Assembly (NCBI GenBank): GCA_963666055.2
Contig: CAXWPH010000007.1
Span: 1-64,000, forward strand
Direction: 5' to 3'
DNA from: Acidobacteriota bacterium
Lineage (GTDB): Bacteria; Acidobacteriota; UBA890; WLXD01
Length of the DNA stretch: 64,000 nt
Every line of letters begins with the position of its first letter. Within the stretch, counting starts at the first letter, position 1. Shown here piece after piece: positions 23,135-33,923 of this stretch. The notes beneath the pieces were generated by a model. The model saw only the letters and a program-made list of their open reading frames with translations. It had not been told where the DNA came from and did not search any database. The translations under genes and the position numbers were made by a program.

Positions 23135-23644
23135 ATGTTCAGATTGCGGCCGAAGAGCGGGAGTCTCACAGCACTCGCTGGCAGGTACGACGATCGGAAC
23201 AACGATGCGGAGCTGCTGCGACGACAGCGTTCGGTGAGGAGGCGCGGGCACCTGACACTGGGAGACCTCAAGGCCGTGGGTCAGTGGAAGTCACCGCGCA
23301 GTGCAGGTCGTATGCAAGCCAACTCCGATCGGTTCGTTACCGAGATAAGCGGATTCGCCCTGAGTGCGCGGGGCGAGCGATCACGAATCGAATCGCTGAA
23401 CGCCTTGAGCGGCGTGTCGTGGCCGACTTCTTCAGTGATCCTGCACTTCTTTCACACAGACGCCTACCCGATTATGGATTTCCGTGCGCTTTGGTCACTG
23501 GGCGCCACCGCACCCTCGCACTACGCGTTCGATTTCTGGTGGAGCTACGTGGAGTACACGCGTGATCTCGCGAACCGTGCTGGGCTGAACATGAGGACGC
23601 TCGACAAGGCTCTGTGGCAGTACTCAAAGGAGCGCCAAGGCTAG
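23135..23644 (+). CDS. Small HhH-GPD-like (DNA glycosylase fold) protein
   Basis: WKSPR, LSGVSWPTSSVILHF, YPIMDFRA and RTLDKALW motifs; GAGG RBS. Confidence 0.6.
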   Translation: MFRLRPKSGSLTALAGRYDDRNNDAELLRRQRSVRRRGHLTLGDLKAVGQWKSPRSAGRMQANSDRFVTEISGFALSARGERSRIESLNALSGVSWPTSSVILHFFHTDAYPIMDFRALWSLGATAPSHYAFDFWWSYVEYTRDLANRAGLNMRTLDKALWQYSKERQG

Positions 23645-23741
23645 GACAGACAGAGTCGCCCAGAGCCGATTCTGTTCTCCAGGCTAGAGGTTAGCGTTCA
23701 AGCCGTTCTTGCCGACCGAGTTCGTGGCTCGAACCCAGGCG

Positions 23742-23840
23742 GATGCGGCCCCACCTACATCTTCAGCGAGCCCCGGGTCGGGTACCGCTTCATCAAGCCG
23801 GTCAGTGGCTGAGGGGCTGTGCCTCCGCAAGCCTGACCGG
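23742..23840 (+). repeat. OmpR/KdpE-type regulator 3'-tail repeat, copy 1
   Basis: PTYIFSEPRVGYRFIKP plus a downstream caagcctgaccgg, matching 26389-26513. Confidence 0.8.
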
Positions 23841-23930
23841 CAAGACCCAACGCAAGCGAAGCCAAACGGATCTGCTGTCACGGGGTGTGGGAGCTTTCAG
23901 GACTTCGCAGATTTCTCTGCCGCCGGCTCC

Positions 23931-24360
23931 TCAGGGATCGCCCGGTACCTCACGCGTCCCTTCGTCTTGCGCCCTCTTGGCCTTGCCTGCGTCTACGAGC
24001 TTCTCCAGCCCGTATACGATCGTCTGGTGGGCGAACTCCTGGCCCTGTTTGCTGAGGCTACGCCGAACTTCGGCCACCGTCATCGACTCGCTGCTGCTGC
24101 TCAGCAATTCGAGCGCGAGCTCGTAGCTCCGTCCCCGTTTCGGATGCTGACGCCCCTTTGCGCGCCTTCTTCCTGGCCGGCGCCTTCTTCTTCGCCGGCA
24201 ACGTCGCCTTGGCCGACGTGCCCGGGTACTGTAGCGTCGCCTCTTTCATGGATCCGACGGCGGCTTCCAGTGAACGCAGCACCTCCTGTCCGTGATGCAC
24301 AAACGACTCCCAGCGTTGGATCGTTGTCTCCAGCGCTTCAATCTCCTCATGAGGCATCAT
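23931..24360 (-). pseudogene. Helical N-terminus, basic linker and winged-HTH protein, frameshifted near 24135
   Basis: PAKKKAPARKKARK linker; the alternate frame reads YELALELL...MTVAEVRRSL...TIVYGLEKLVDAGKAKR. Confidence 0.5.
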
Positions 24361-24690
24361 TTCGGATATCTCCCGTTACGCCCTCGCCCTTCGACGCGAC
24401 TGACGAACCCGTCCCAAACCGCGATCACCTCGGGCACTGGTGCAGAGGCCTCCTGCTCGTGGCCGCCAAGGCTATTGGCGTCCGCTGCGTCCCACCTCGA
24501 CTCGGGCGTTAGGTCGGTTGTATTGGATCGTTGTCCGGGCCATGACAGTCTTGACGGCGAGATCATGAACCGGGCAGGCATTGCCGAACACTATGCGAGA
24601 CAAGCCTTCCTTGACTTCAAGTGCAAGTGGCCGCTGTACTCACAATTTAGAATGTGGCCATAACTGCTCGGCGGAGGACCCACCGTGTAG

Positions 24691-25065
24691 ATGGATATCT
24701 CCCTGCTCATACTCGACTACTTGGCGGTCCTGCTGTCGATTCCGGTCGCCGTCGTCGTGATCATCCTCATCTTTCACACGGACATACGGCAACTGATGGC
24801 TCGCGTCGCGCACATCAGACTACCCGGTGGTAGCGAGGTCAGTGTTTCGCAACGTCGGAGATCAGAGGAGGCGCCCACCATAGCAGACACGCCACCAGAC
24901 CTATCAAACGCGGAGGACCTAGAACTGCCAGGCGGCCTGTCACTGCCCCGAGAACAGGAAGATCAGTTAGCGCAGTTGATCCGGTCGGAGAGATCACATG
25001 CGGCCCTATGGGAATACCGCTATTTGAATCTGTTCCGGCCGTTGCACTCATACCAGCGGCGCTGA
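24691..25065 (+). CDS. Membrane-anchored hypothetical protein, probably 3' truncated
   Basis: GGAGG upstream; N-terminal TM helix. Confidence 0.5.
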   Translation: MDISLLILDYLAVLLSIPVAVVVIILIFHTDIRQLMARVAHIRLPGGSEVSVSQRRRSEEAPTIADTPPDLSNAEDLELPGGLSLPREQEDQLAQLIRSERSHAALWEYRYLNLFRPLHSYQRR

Positions 25066-25371
25066 CTCATCCGGTATTCGCGCCGGACGATCTTGTCGTT
25101 CTCGCCGAGCTCAGGAGTGCCGCGGTTGAGCCGGGTACGCTCGCCAGCAGTCGAGGTCCGGACCACCGTACCCGCCGGAGTTCCGGCGGCAGATCATCCT
25201 ATCGATGGCGGCGCGAGGCCGGCGGGCTGAAGCTGCACCAAGCCAAGCGTCTCAGGCAGGTCTTGCACGAGATTGCGGCCGACCTCGTCCGCGGTTGCGT
25301 AAGTGTCGTCGCGTCCGCAAGTATGAGCCGGCAAGAAGAGACCCAGCGCTGCCAAGTCCGGAGACCTCCAA

Positions 25372-26256
25372 ATGGCTGAAATCACTAAGAAACGTAATGG
25401 CGAGCTGGTTCGGGGGGTGTTCGAGATTCTGTTGGAACACCCCGAAGGTCTAGCGGCCAAAGACGTGCTGGCGCGCATGGCGAGGCAAGTGCCCCCGACC
25501 GAGTTCGAGAACTCAACATACTCGAAGCACCCGACAGTCCGGAGATACGAGAAGATCATTAGGTTCGCCACCATCGGGCCGGTGAAAGCCGGTTGGCTCG
25601 TCAAGGACCGTGGCGATTGGTCCCTGACCAAGGAAGGGCGTCGCGCACTTCGCGAGCACCCCGACCCTGAAGGGTTTACAGAGGAAGCAGGTCGGCTGTA
25701 TCGAAAATGGGCGCAGGACCGCCCCGACTTTCCGACTGAGGACGAGTCAGACGATACGGTTGTGGAATCCGCGTCGCTCGAAGAGGCCGAGGAGTCGGCT
25801 TGGTCGGACATTGAGAGCCATCTGGCTGAGATGGACCCGTACGACTTGCAGGACCTGGTCGCTGCGTTGTTGCGAGCGATGGGCTATCACGTGGCGTGGA
25901 TCGCTCCGCCCGGGCCGGACAAGGGCATCGACATAATTGCGCACTCTGACCCGCTCGGGATCGACGGACCCCGCATCAAGGTTCAAGTCAAACGCCTCAC
26001 TGCCCGCGTGCCGGTGGACGGCATCCGCGCTTTTCTCGCCGTTCTAGCACCTACAGACGTTGGGCTCTTTGTCAGCACCGGCGGATTCACCAAGGATGCG
26101 CAGCTCGAGGCACGGAGCCAGGAGACGCGTCGGATCATGCTGGTCGACCTGCGGCGGCTCTTCGACCTGTGGGTCGAACACTATGGACGGGTGGCCGAAC
26201 AGCAGCGGAGACTACTTCCGCTGCGGCCCGTCTACTTCCTGGAGCCGGCGGATTGA
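25372..26256 (+). CDS. mrr: Mrr type IV restriction endonuclease
   Basis: Mrr_N wHTH followed by DKGIDIIA...KVQVKR and GLFVSTGGFT. Confidence 0.92.
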   Translation: MAEITKKRNGELVRGVFEILLEHPEGLAAKDVLARMARQVPPTEFENSTYSKHPTVRRYEKIIRFATIGPVKAGWLVKDRGDWSLTKEGRRALREHPDPEGFTEEAGRLYRKWAQDRPDFPTEDESDDTVVESASLEEAEESAWSDIESHLAEMDPYDLQDLVAALLRAMGYHVAWIAPPGPDKGIDIIAHSDPLGIDGPRIKVQVKRLTARVPVDGIRAFLAVLAPTDVGLFVSTGGFTKDAQLEARSQETRRIMLVDLRRLFDLWVEHYGRVAEQQRRLLPLRPVYFLEPAD

Positions 26257-26340
26257 GCCGGATAACGGAAGTATGGAAGGCGAGGTCTTCGCGTGGTCCT
26301 GAACGAGCGAATGTGGCGCTCACGCAGCTCCGGCAACCCC

Positions 26341-26513
26341 CGGCTAGTGCGTGCCTTCATCAAGAAGCGCCGCCGCAAGCTCGGCGACGATGCCGCCAGT
26401 CCTACCTACATCTTCACCGAGCCCCGGGTCGGGTACCGCTTCGTCAAGCCGGACAACGACTGAGGGGTTCTTTCCTCCGTAGTCGAAGAGGCTCCTCGAA
26501 CAAGCCTGACCGG
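26341..26513 (+). repeat. OmpR/KdpE-type regulator 3'-tail repeat, copy 2
   Basis: RLVRAFIKKRRRKLGDDAASPTYIFTEPRVGYRFVKPDND* with no gene body. Confidence 0.8.
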
Positions 26514-26629
26514 AAAAATAGTTCGCGCTCGCAGGGACCCGGCCGACCTACCGGAGGTGCGTGGAGAGAGGCCACGGCACCGGCGTACTTGCCCGCGTCA
26601 CCGCGCCCTCGAACGCGACCCGCCGCGTG

Positions 26630-26789
26630 CGATGTCCAACTGTTGTGGTCGATGTGCTCTGCGACGACCGTGAAGCCCGTTTCGGCGCAGGGACGGCACA
26701 ACGGCTAAAGGCTCGCTCCGGAGGATCGCGGCTCGCCACCGCTGATAGCGCCTGCTCGAGCGCATCCGGCGGATGACTTCGGGGTCCAT
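26630..26789 (-). pseudogene. Phage-type HNH endonuclease, frameshifted and truncated
   Basis: RWRAAILRSEPL|CRPCAETGFTVVAEHIDH; paralog of 33924-34310. Confidence 0.75.
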
Positions 26790-26844
26790 CGGCGGGTTCT
26801 CGGCGGTTGCTCACTTTCGTGGCCATATCTTATGCCTTCCGAAT

Positions 26845-26916
26845 CGTTTTGCTTACAGATGTCAGGTCACTGAGCGGTATCCGGGTGAGGGCCCTAGTTT
26901 ACTTTGGTGGCCCCCC
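26845..26916. repeat. 72-bp conserved non-coding block upstream of HNH (candidate cos region), copy 1
   Basis: Near-identical to 34340-34411. Confidence 0.8.
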
Positions 26917-27390
26917 GTAAAATCCTTATTCCATTGATGTTAAGGCCTGGTGCAAGTGGCTGCATGCGTGTGGTCCTCGAGGGCTCGAAATCGCGTGACG
27001 AGCGCTCGAGCTCGAGAGTGGGGGCTCTATCTATGTTCGGTCAGCCCCCGACGCAGCGCACCGCGTAGCACGTCGCGGCTGACACCGTACTTGGCGGCGA
27101 GCGCGCGCTGACTCATGCCGGCGTCGTGATGGCGCACCAGGTCGACGGCCTGGCTGTCGTCGGGCTTTGTGAGCACCAGGGCCAGGTCATTACCGAACGA
27201 GGGCGTGCGTGTTTGTGAAACCGTGTGCGGCGCGTTAGCTCGCGCGCGAGTTGCGACGAGCCATCACCACGACGTACTCCGATGCCGGGCTCCCGGAAAG
27301 CGTCGAGGATGCCGCGCTGGAAGGGCCGCCAGTCGGTGCGCCACCGGTTGCCCGCCTGACTGCGCCCGTCACCACTACAACCAGCACCGA

Positions 27391-27432
27391 GTTACTGAGA
27401 TAAGACGTGGTACTAACCGTGGGGTCAGGTCA
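27391..27432 (+). mobile_element. Solo IS3-family right end
   Basis: Reverse complement of 30438-30479; ends GGTCAGGTCA. Confidence 0.8.
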
Positions 27433-28260
27433 GCGCTTATGCAGAAGAAGTGGCGGGCCCCGATGGCGGACAAGATCGCGGCGGGTCGGATGGCGAAGAA
27501 AAGCTACAACAACCTCCACACGCTACTGCGAGCGATCCTGACCTGGGCTCGTGAGCCCGCCCAGCGCTACCTGGCCCATGATCCGCTCGTTGGCCAGAAG
27601 CGCCTGAAGCTCAAGCGCGGCAATGCGGATTTCCTTCAGGAGGATGACATCAAGGCCCTCCTGGAGGCGGCGGCAGGTGTGCCCACCGAGAATGCTGTCG
27701 TGCACCTAGGTTTGTTTGCCGGGTTACGCCGAGGGGAGATCTTCGCCCTACGCTGGGCCGACATCGAGTGGGGCGACGGCAAGATCGGCGGCCGCGTCCA
27801 CGTTCGGCGAAGCATCTACCGTGGCATCGTCACCTCCCCCAAGTCGACGAAGTCCGAACGTCTCGTGGACGTTCCGCAGAGGGTGCTGGATGTCCTGGCG
27901 GATCATCGGGTCTCATGCCCAGCGCCAGGCACCGGATACGTCTTTCGCACCGGGACCGGAACCCCGCTGGACCCTGGTTCCTGGTACAAGCGGACCTTCC
28001 GACAGCTCTGCAAGCTAGCTGGCCTGCGCGGCTCCATCAACCTCCACTCGCTACGGCACACCTACGCTTCTCTGCTGCTGCGACAGGGCGAGAGTCTGAA
28101 ATACGTCAGCGATCAGCTCGGGCATGCCAGTATCCAGACGACCTGCGACGTATACGGCCACGTGCTGGAGTCGCAAAGCCAGGATGCGATGGCGCGGCTT
28201 AACCGACTCATCCCCGTTGCTGGAGCGCGCCGAGAACTTCGAGTCGTCCGTTCCATCTAA
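27433..28260 (+). pseudogene. int: Tyrosine integrase, N-terminus removed at the IS3 end
   Basis: GLRRGE, HSLRH and LGHASIQTTCDVYGH catalytic motifs. Confidence 0.88.
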
Positions 28261-28945
28261 CAGCTATCTAACAGAACGAACGAGAATCAGCTGGAATCAG
28301 CTGCAGCCACACCAGCGGCCTCGTCCCGTAAGTCAAACTAAAATAGAGGGTTACGGACTGTCGAGGAGTGAACGAAAATGAGCCGAAAATGGCCGGATAG
28401 ATTTCAGGACCTAGTGGGTGCAAGCCCGTGGTGGGTCAAGTCCATCCTTTGGCACTTCCCGCAACCCATTGATATAAAAGAAGATTCGAGAATTGACGGA
28501 ACGTTTCAACGGAATAGGAGCCGTAGAGTGAGAGTTAATGGAACGCTGGCTTTTAGCCTCGGAACGCCGCCGAGGCCGGCCTGTTCAGCGCTCCCGCCAA
28601 GTGCCCCAAAGAGGTGTTCCGACCCTGTGAAGTTCACGAGGCCTCTTGTTGTGAAGCCGAGCTAGAGGAGGGTCGCCATGTCATGTTCGTAGTAGGTGAA
28701 GTACGGGTCCCTCAAATCGGCCAAAAAACTGCTTCAGATCGTCCTCGCTAGGCGTCCCCGTGCGCATCCAAGCCGGTCGAAGCGAGGATCTGGCCGAGGA
28801 TCTTCTTCAAGAGGTTTCCGTCCACCAACCGAGGCGGGACATGCCTGCGAGATGTCCGCCGTGTTCGATAAGGAACCGCACGGATTCAACGAAGAGCGCA
28901 GGCGATTCGCCTCACTCGATGCGACAGTTTCATCGCGGCGCCTCG

Positions 28946-30166
28946 CTAGTTGTCGTTTGAATCCTCCGGAGGCAAGACTTCGCATGCGTCTCTCGGTAAG
29001 TACCCGAGTAGCGGGCTGGACGGAAGCGAATCGTCAAAATGGATGACGTTGGCGTATTCGCAACCATCGAAGCCCGTGACGAACTGGGCGACCTTGACCA
29101 CGTCTCCCTCCCGTAGCTGCTCACCGAGACTGGAATCCAGTTCGGCTCTGTACAAGAGGCAATGGTCACGCTGCAAACGCACCGACGGCCACAATTCCGG
29201 CCCGCCAGGATGTTGTCTGCTCAGCAGATGCTTCCATTTCTTTGCGATGAGCGCTGCGGTAGCGCTTAGGTAGTAGCTGGTGGTCCGCACGTTCGGCCGC
29301 GTTTCGAGTGCTGTTAGCCACGCGTATGCCCACTCTCCATTCGTGAGGAGGACGGCATCAGGCGTATTCAGTTTAATGTTCTCGAACTCGCGAATGGATG
29401 CTCCCCACTCGAGCAGATCGCCGCGCAGTCGATCCATGTCAATCTGAACGTACTGCGCAGGATGCTTGATCATGGTTCGAATCCACTTGGACTTCTTGGT
29501 GTGGGCCGGTGCCTTCGATCCTCTTGCGCCGCAGTCAATCGTCTTGTCGGGGTCAACGTTCTCGTTGGTATCAACGCTGTATTCGACAAGGACCTCGACA
29601 AACAAGGCTTGCGCTACCCCGGTAAGCGCAGCTTTGACACCACCTTCTGCCAAGGCCTGACTCGCTTCCTCAAGGTACAGTCGACCTGGACAGTCACGCG
29701 GGAGTAGGTCGAGGAGGGTGATCTGTGTGAGAGATTGGCCGTAGACAGCACGGAGTACACCTTCCGTCATCTCTTCTGCGGCACGAAGAAAGCTTTGGAC
29801 AGTCTCCGGTGCCGCGATATGTCCGTAGTGCTTTACCTGAACGCGTTGTTTATTCAAGTTGAGAATCGTCATCAACCTTGGGACGTCTACCTTCTTTCGG
29901 ACGAAGCCCAGCAACTTGTTGAACTCGCCCCACTGTCGACCGCTCCCGTGATCAATTCCGAGCTGTAGCGCGGCCCCGTGTAGCACTAGCTCAACAGCGT
30001 CGTGCAGCAGGACAAGCCCTGCGGACGCATCATGAGAGTCCTCCGCAGAACAGAGAGGCCGGGCCTGATCTAGAATCCGTCGGGCGATGATAAGCGTGCG
30101 AAGGGCGCTTTCCCTTGGCTGTGTAGTTGGGAGCTCTTGGCTGATGTCAGAATCTTGGGACGACAT
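28946..30166 (-). CDS. Hypothetical protein with N-terminal HEPN-like domain
   Basis: LHDAVELVL and R-x4-H (RVQVKH) in an intact ~406-aa ORF. Confidence 0.55.
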   Translation of the reverse strand: MSSQDSDISQELPTTQPRESALRTLIIARRILDQARPLCSAEDSHDASAGLVLLHDAVELVLHGAALQLGIDHGSGRQWGEFNKLLGFVRKKVDVPRLMTILNLNKQRVQVKHYGHIAAPETVQSFLRAAEEMTEGVLRAVYGQSLTQITLLDLLPRDCPGRLYLEEASQALAEGGVKAALTGVAQALFVEVLVEYSVDTNENVDPDKTIDCGARGSKAPAHTKKSKWIRTMIKHPAQYVQIDMDRLRGDLLEWGASIREFENIKLNTPDAVLLTNGEWAYAWLTALETRPNVRTTSYYLSATAALIAKKWKHLLSRQHPGGPELWPSVRLQRDHCLLYRAELDSSLGEQLREGDVVKVAQFVTGFDGCEYANVIHFDDSLPSSPLLGYLPRDACEVLPPEDSNDN

Positions 30167-30437
30167 GTTCGTGGGAGCGGCAGGTTCCGTGCTTGGTAGC
30201 ACTATTCCTGGATTCCGTAGATGCGCGAGGGTCGCTGCGTGTCGCGCGAATGCAAGAAGAGACCGACGCTACAGAGAGCATCAGGATACGGTTATCAACA
30301 GGGCCTAGTCCTCGAGACAGGTCGCGAGTGTACCTCTTGAGCCCTTTGACAGCATCGGCGAGCGGCCTTGGCATTGCCTCGGCAACCTTCGGGTCGAGCT
30401 GTTCGCATTCGTGTCGCACTCCGTTGAGGCAGCCTTG

Positions 30438-30975
30438 TGACCTGACCCCGCGGTTAGTACCACGTCTTATCTCAGTAACACGGTGCCGACAGCGCCTTAG
30501 GGGCCGGTGGTCGATAGCCCAGCGAGCTGTGCGGTCGAACTCGGTTGTACTGCTGCCACCACCTCTCGATCAGAACCCTTGCCTCCTGGAGCGTGTAGAA
30601 GATCTCCCGGTCCAGCAGCTCGTCGCGTAGCTTGCCGTTGAAGCTCTCCACATAGCCGTTTTCCCACGGCGAGCCGGGCTCGATGAACAACGTCTTCACA
30701 CCAACCCGCTCGAGCCAGCCACGCACTACCGGAGAAGTGAACTCCGGTCCGTTGTCGGAGCGGATGTGGTCGGGAACACCACGGTTCACGAACAGCTCAG
30801 CGAGTCGCTCCAGCACATCCTCGGAGTTGAGCCTGCGTGCCACATCGATCGCCAAGCACTCCCTGGTGTACTCATCCACGATCGTCAGCAGACGAACCGC
30901 TCGCCCGTCGTGTTCTCGTTCGTGCACGAAGTCATAGGCCCACACGTGATCTTTCCTTTCCGGCCTCAGCCGCAC
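30438..30975 (-). mobile_element. IS3-family remnant (3' orfB plus right IR)
   Basis: WAYDF, RSDNGPEF, SPWENGYVESFNG and RPHSSLGY motifs; TGACCTGACCCC end. Confidence 0.9.
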
Positions 30976-31184
30976 GCGTGGATGAGCCGGCTGAGGGTTG
31001 GCGAGGCGGCCGGCACGGTCGTGGGACCACGTTCAAACAGGTAGCCGTCGACCTGATGGCTGCCCACAACGCCGCCGACGCGGGCGGATTGCTCGACCAG
31101 CCTCACCGCGGCGCCGGCCTCCTTCAGGCGCCACGCCGCGGACAGGCCGGCGAGACCTCCGCCGATAACAACTACCGATTGCAT
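30976..31184 (-). pseudogene. Protoporphyrinogen oxidase (HemY-like) N-terminal fragment
   Basis: VVVIGGGLAGLSAAW...VGG...GYLFERGP; cut by the IS3 remnant. Confidence 0.65.
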
Positions 31185-31224
31185 TGCGGCACCGTACTGG
31201 CTCCCGCTGAACCCGACCCCAGGC

Positions 31225-32586
31225 TCAGTGAATCAGGAATATCTCCTCGTTCGGTGGCTGAATGAACTCGACGCCCCGGCTGGAGATGAGCTGCGGGTTG
31301 GAGATATTGAAGGCCAGTGGGTAGCCGGGACGCTCGTCGATCTTCATGTGGACCATGTACTCGAACGCGAACATGTGATTGTTCTGGATCCGCAAGTGGT
31401 GCGTGTTGGAGCGGAACGCCGCCATCGAGGGGCCCATGTCGCCATAGTTGCCGAACGCGTGGTTGTCGATCGAGAAGCCGGGCTTGTCGGTGCTGGCCAG
31501 CGCCTCCTGGATCATCGCGTAGTCCTCGGTGCCGATGTCGCGGAAGGGCGTGTAGAAGTAGCCGGCGGCCTCCATGGCCGCGACCATCGCGTCGAGCGAT
31601 TCCTTGGCGGTCATTCCGACCTTCATGTGATCGCGCATGATCCACTGCCCGGCAATGGCCTTGTCGAACACCTCCTGCAAGAAGTCGGGAACCCTGGTCT
31701 CGCCCTCACGCAGGATGTACGCGTGGATCTTGGTGTCGACGCCGAATCCCATGTACTCGCCGCCCGGGCCGCCGCCACCGCCTACAAACAGGTCGCCTCG
31801 CTGCAGGATGTACTCGGGGTTATGGATGAACCAGCGCACGTCGGGCGGAGAGGTCGGAACGGTCATGTCGGGGGTGTTGACAGCGGAGTAGTACACCCGG
31901 GCGTTGATGTCGGCGATGGTCGTGAGGCCCGGGACGACCTGCGACAGGCGCTGCTTGGCGCGCTGGCGAGCGAGCGCCAGCACTTCGACCTGTGCGGCGA
32001 CCTCGCGGGCGGTACGACGCAGGATGAAATCGCGGATCACGCCCTCCGCCGAGACAATGCGGCTGCTGTACTCGGACCCGAGGATACGCTCGAGCTTGAG
32101 GTACTCGGAGTGGGAGATCCCGTCGGCGACAGCTTCCATCTCGGAGGTGTTGACGGCGATGGTCTGCGGATCGCGCTGCGCCACGAAGCGGGTGATCTCC
32201 TCGTACACGCCGGGCTTGTGGTCATAGCCCGAAATCGCCAGGCCGAGCTCGAGCGAGCCGCGCACGTCGATCTTCTCGACCGCGCCGCCGCGGCCGAACA
32301 CGGCGCGCTCGATGCCATCGCCGAGGTCGGTGAAGATCAAGTAGCCGGCCGTACGCCCGAACTGCAGCGCCATCGGATCGGGTACCCCTGGACGGGTGAC
32401 GTGGATCCACATGTCGACGCCGTTGTCGCGCATGGCTCCAGGCAAGATGAGGTCGAGCTTGTCGTTCCTCATCAGGCGCAACGCCTCGGCATCCGTGTCG
32501 GCCGTCCGCGCCGGTAACTGAGCGTTCGCGGTGGATACAGCCGTCAAGGCGACAACGACGAGCAGCATCAAGCGTGGCTTCATCAT
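31225..32586 (-). CDS. Secreted M24 (Xaa-Pro aminopeptidase-like) protein
   Basis: Signal peptide; LPGAMRDNGVDMWI, AYILREGET and FAFEY motifs. Confidence 0.75.
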   Translation of the reverse strand: MMKPRLMLLVVVALTAVSTANAQLPARTADTDAEALRLMRNDKLDLILPGAMRDNGVDMWIHVTRPGVPDPMALQFGRTAGYLIFTDLGDGIERAVFGRGGAVEKIDVRGSLELGLAISGYDHKPGVYEEITRFVAQRDPQTIAVNTSEMEAVADGISHSEYLKLERILGSEYSSRIVSAEGVIRDFILRRTAREVAAQVEVLALARQRAKQRLSQVVPGLTTIADINARVYYSAVNTPDMTVPTSPPDVRWFIHNPEYILQRGDLFVGGGGGPGGEYMGFGVDTKIHAYILREGETRVPDFLQEVFDKAIAGQWIMRDHMKVGMTAKESLDAMVAAMEAAGYFYTPFRDIGTEDYAMIQEALASTDKPGFSIDNHAFGNYGDMGPSMAAFRSNTHHLRIQNNHMFAFEYMVHMKIDERPGYPLAFNISNPQLISSRGVEFIQPPNEEIFLIH

Positions 32587-32652
32587 CTCTCCGTCAGCGT
32601 CCGGGATCTCCGAACGATCGAGTCCGGGTTAGTGGCAAACAGTCGTTTTCTT

Positions 32653-33923
32653 TGACCTGCCCCAAGTGTTGAGGCCACTTCATAACTCATAGAATCGGTG
32701 CTGGCAAGAGGATGTTGAGGTCGGCGAAGCGGAGCGTAGCCGGCTTCAACAACATCGCTTCGGGTGCGGGCGGCCGATAGCCCAGCGAGCTGTGCGGTCG
32801 CATGCGGTTGTACTGCTGTCTCCATCTCTCGATCAGAACCTTTGCCTCCTTGAGCGTGTAGAAGATCTCTCCATCTAGCAGTTCGTCTCTGAGCTTGCCG
32901 TTGAAGCTCTCCACGTAGCCGTTCTCCCACGGCGAGCCCGGCTCGATGAACAGCGTCCCCACGCCGAGCCTACCGAGCCAGTCGCGAACCGCCTGGGCAG
33001 TGAACTCCGGTCCGTTATCCGACCGGATGTGCTCAGGTATGCCTCGGTGCACGAACAACCACCCGAGCCGCTCTAGCACGTCCTCACAGTTGAGCTTCCG
33101 CGCCACGTCGATCGCCAGGCTTTCTCGCGTGTACTCATCGACGATCGTCAGCAGCCTCATAGCTCGACCGTCGTGCCTCCAGTGGTGCAGGAAGTCGTAC
33201 GCCCTGACGTGATCTCGGTGCTGTGGAGGCAGCTGGATGCACGAGCCATCGTTGAGCCATAGCCGGGCTCGTTCGGGCTGCTTTCTCGGTACCTTCAGCC
33301 CTTCGCGCCGCCAGATACGCTGCACTCGTTTGTGGTTCACATACCAGCCCTCCATGCGCAGCAACGCTGTTACCCTCCGATACCCGTAGCGCCCGTACTG
33401 CCGGGCTAGATCCACGATCCGCTCCGTCAGCATCTGCTCCTGTTGCGGCCCTCTTGGCACGCACCTCTGCCTCGTGCGTGGTTGTTTCAGTACCCGACAT
33501 GCCCGCCTCTCCGATACGCTCACCTGCCCCCGCACGTGCGCCACCGCCTCGCGCCGGCGCGCCGGGCTCAGAAGTTTCCCGACGACACCTCTTTGAGGAT
33601 GGCGTTGTCGAGCATCGTCTCCGCCAGCAGCTTCTTGAGCCGCCCGTTCTCGCGCTCCAGCTCCTTGAGTCGCCGTGCCTGATCCACCCTCAGCCCGCCG
33701 TACTCCTTACGCCACCGGTAGTACGTGTTCTCGCTGATGCCCAGCTTCCGGCACGCCTGTGGCGTCTTGGCTCCTTGCGCCAGCTCGATCTCTGCCTCCC
33801 TGAGCTTGGCGATGATCTGCTCTACCGTGTATCGCTTCCGGGCCATTTCTCCCCCTTCCCGAGCCTTCCTGAGTGCCTCAATTCCTAACTCTCAATCTGG
33901 CCCGATTATTGGGGGGCAGGTCA
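32653..33923 (-). mobile_element. IS3-family (IS407-group-like) element: orfA 33568-33846, orfB 32687-33571
   Basis: TGACCTGCCCC IRs, GGGAAAC -1 frameshift site, DDE motifs. Confidence 0.95.

Larger units (their letters stand above)
19888..28455. mobile_element. Nested integrative element bounded by tRNA-Leu(CAG) 3' halves
   Basis: 29-bp exact repeat at 19893-19921 and 28403-28431; ATCTAACA pairs at 20031/20042 and 28255/28266; integrase at the right end. Confidence 0.82.

Noticed and set aside
27169-27432. N-terminus of the 363-aa integrase ORF
   Set aside because: It reads through an IS3 end and unrelated DNA.
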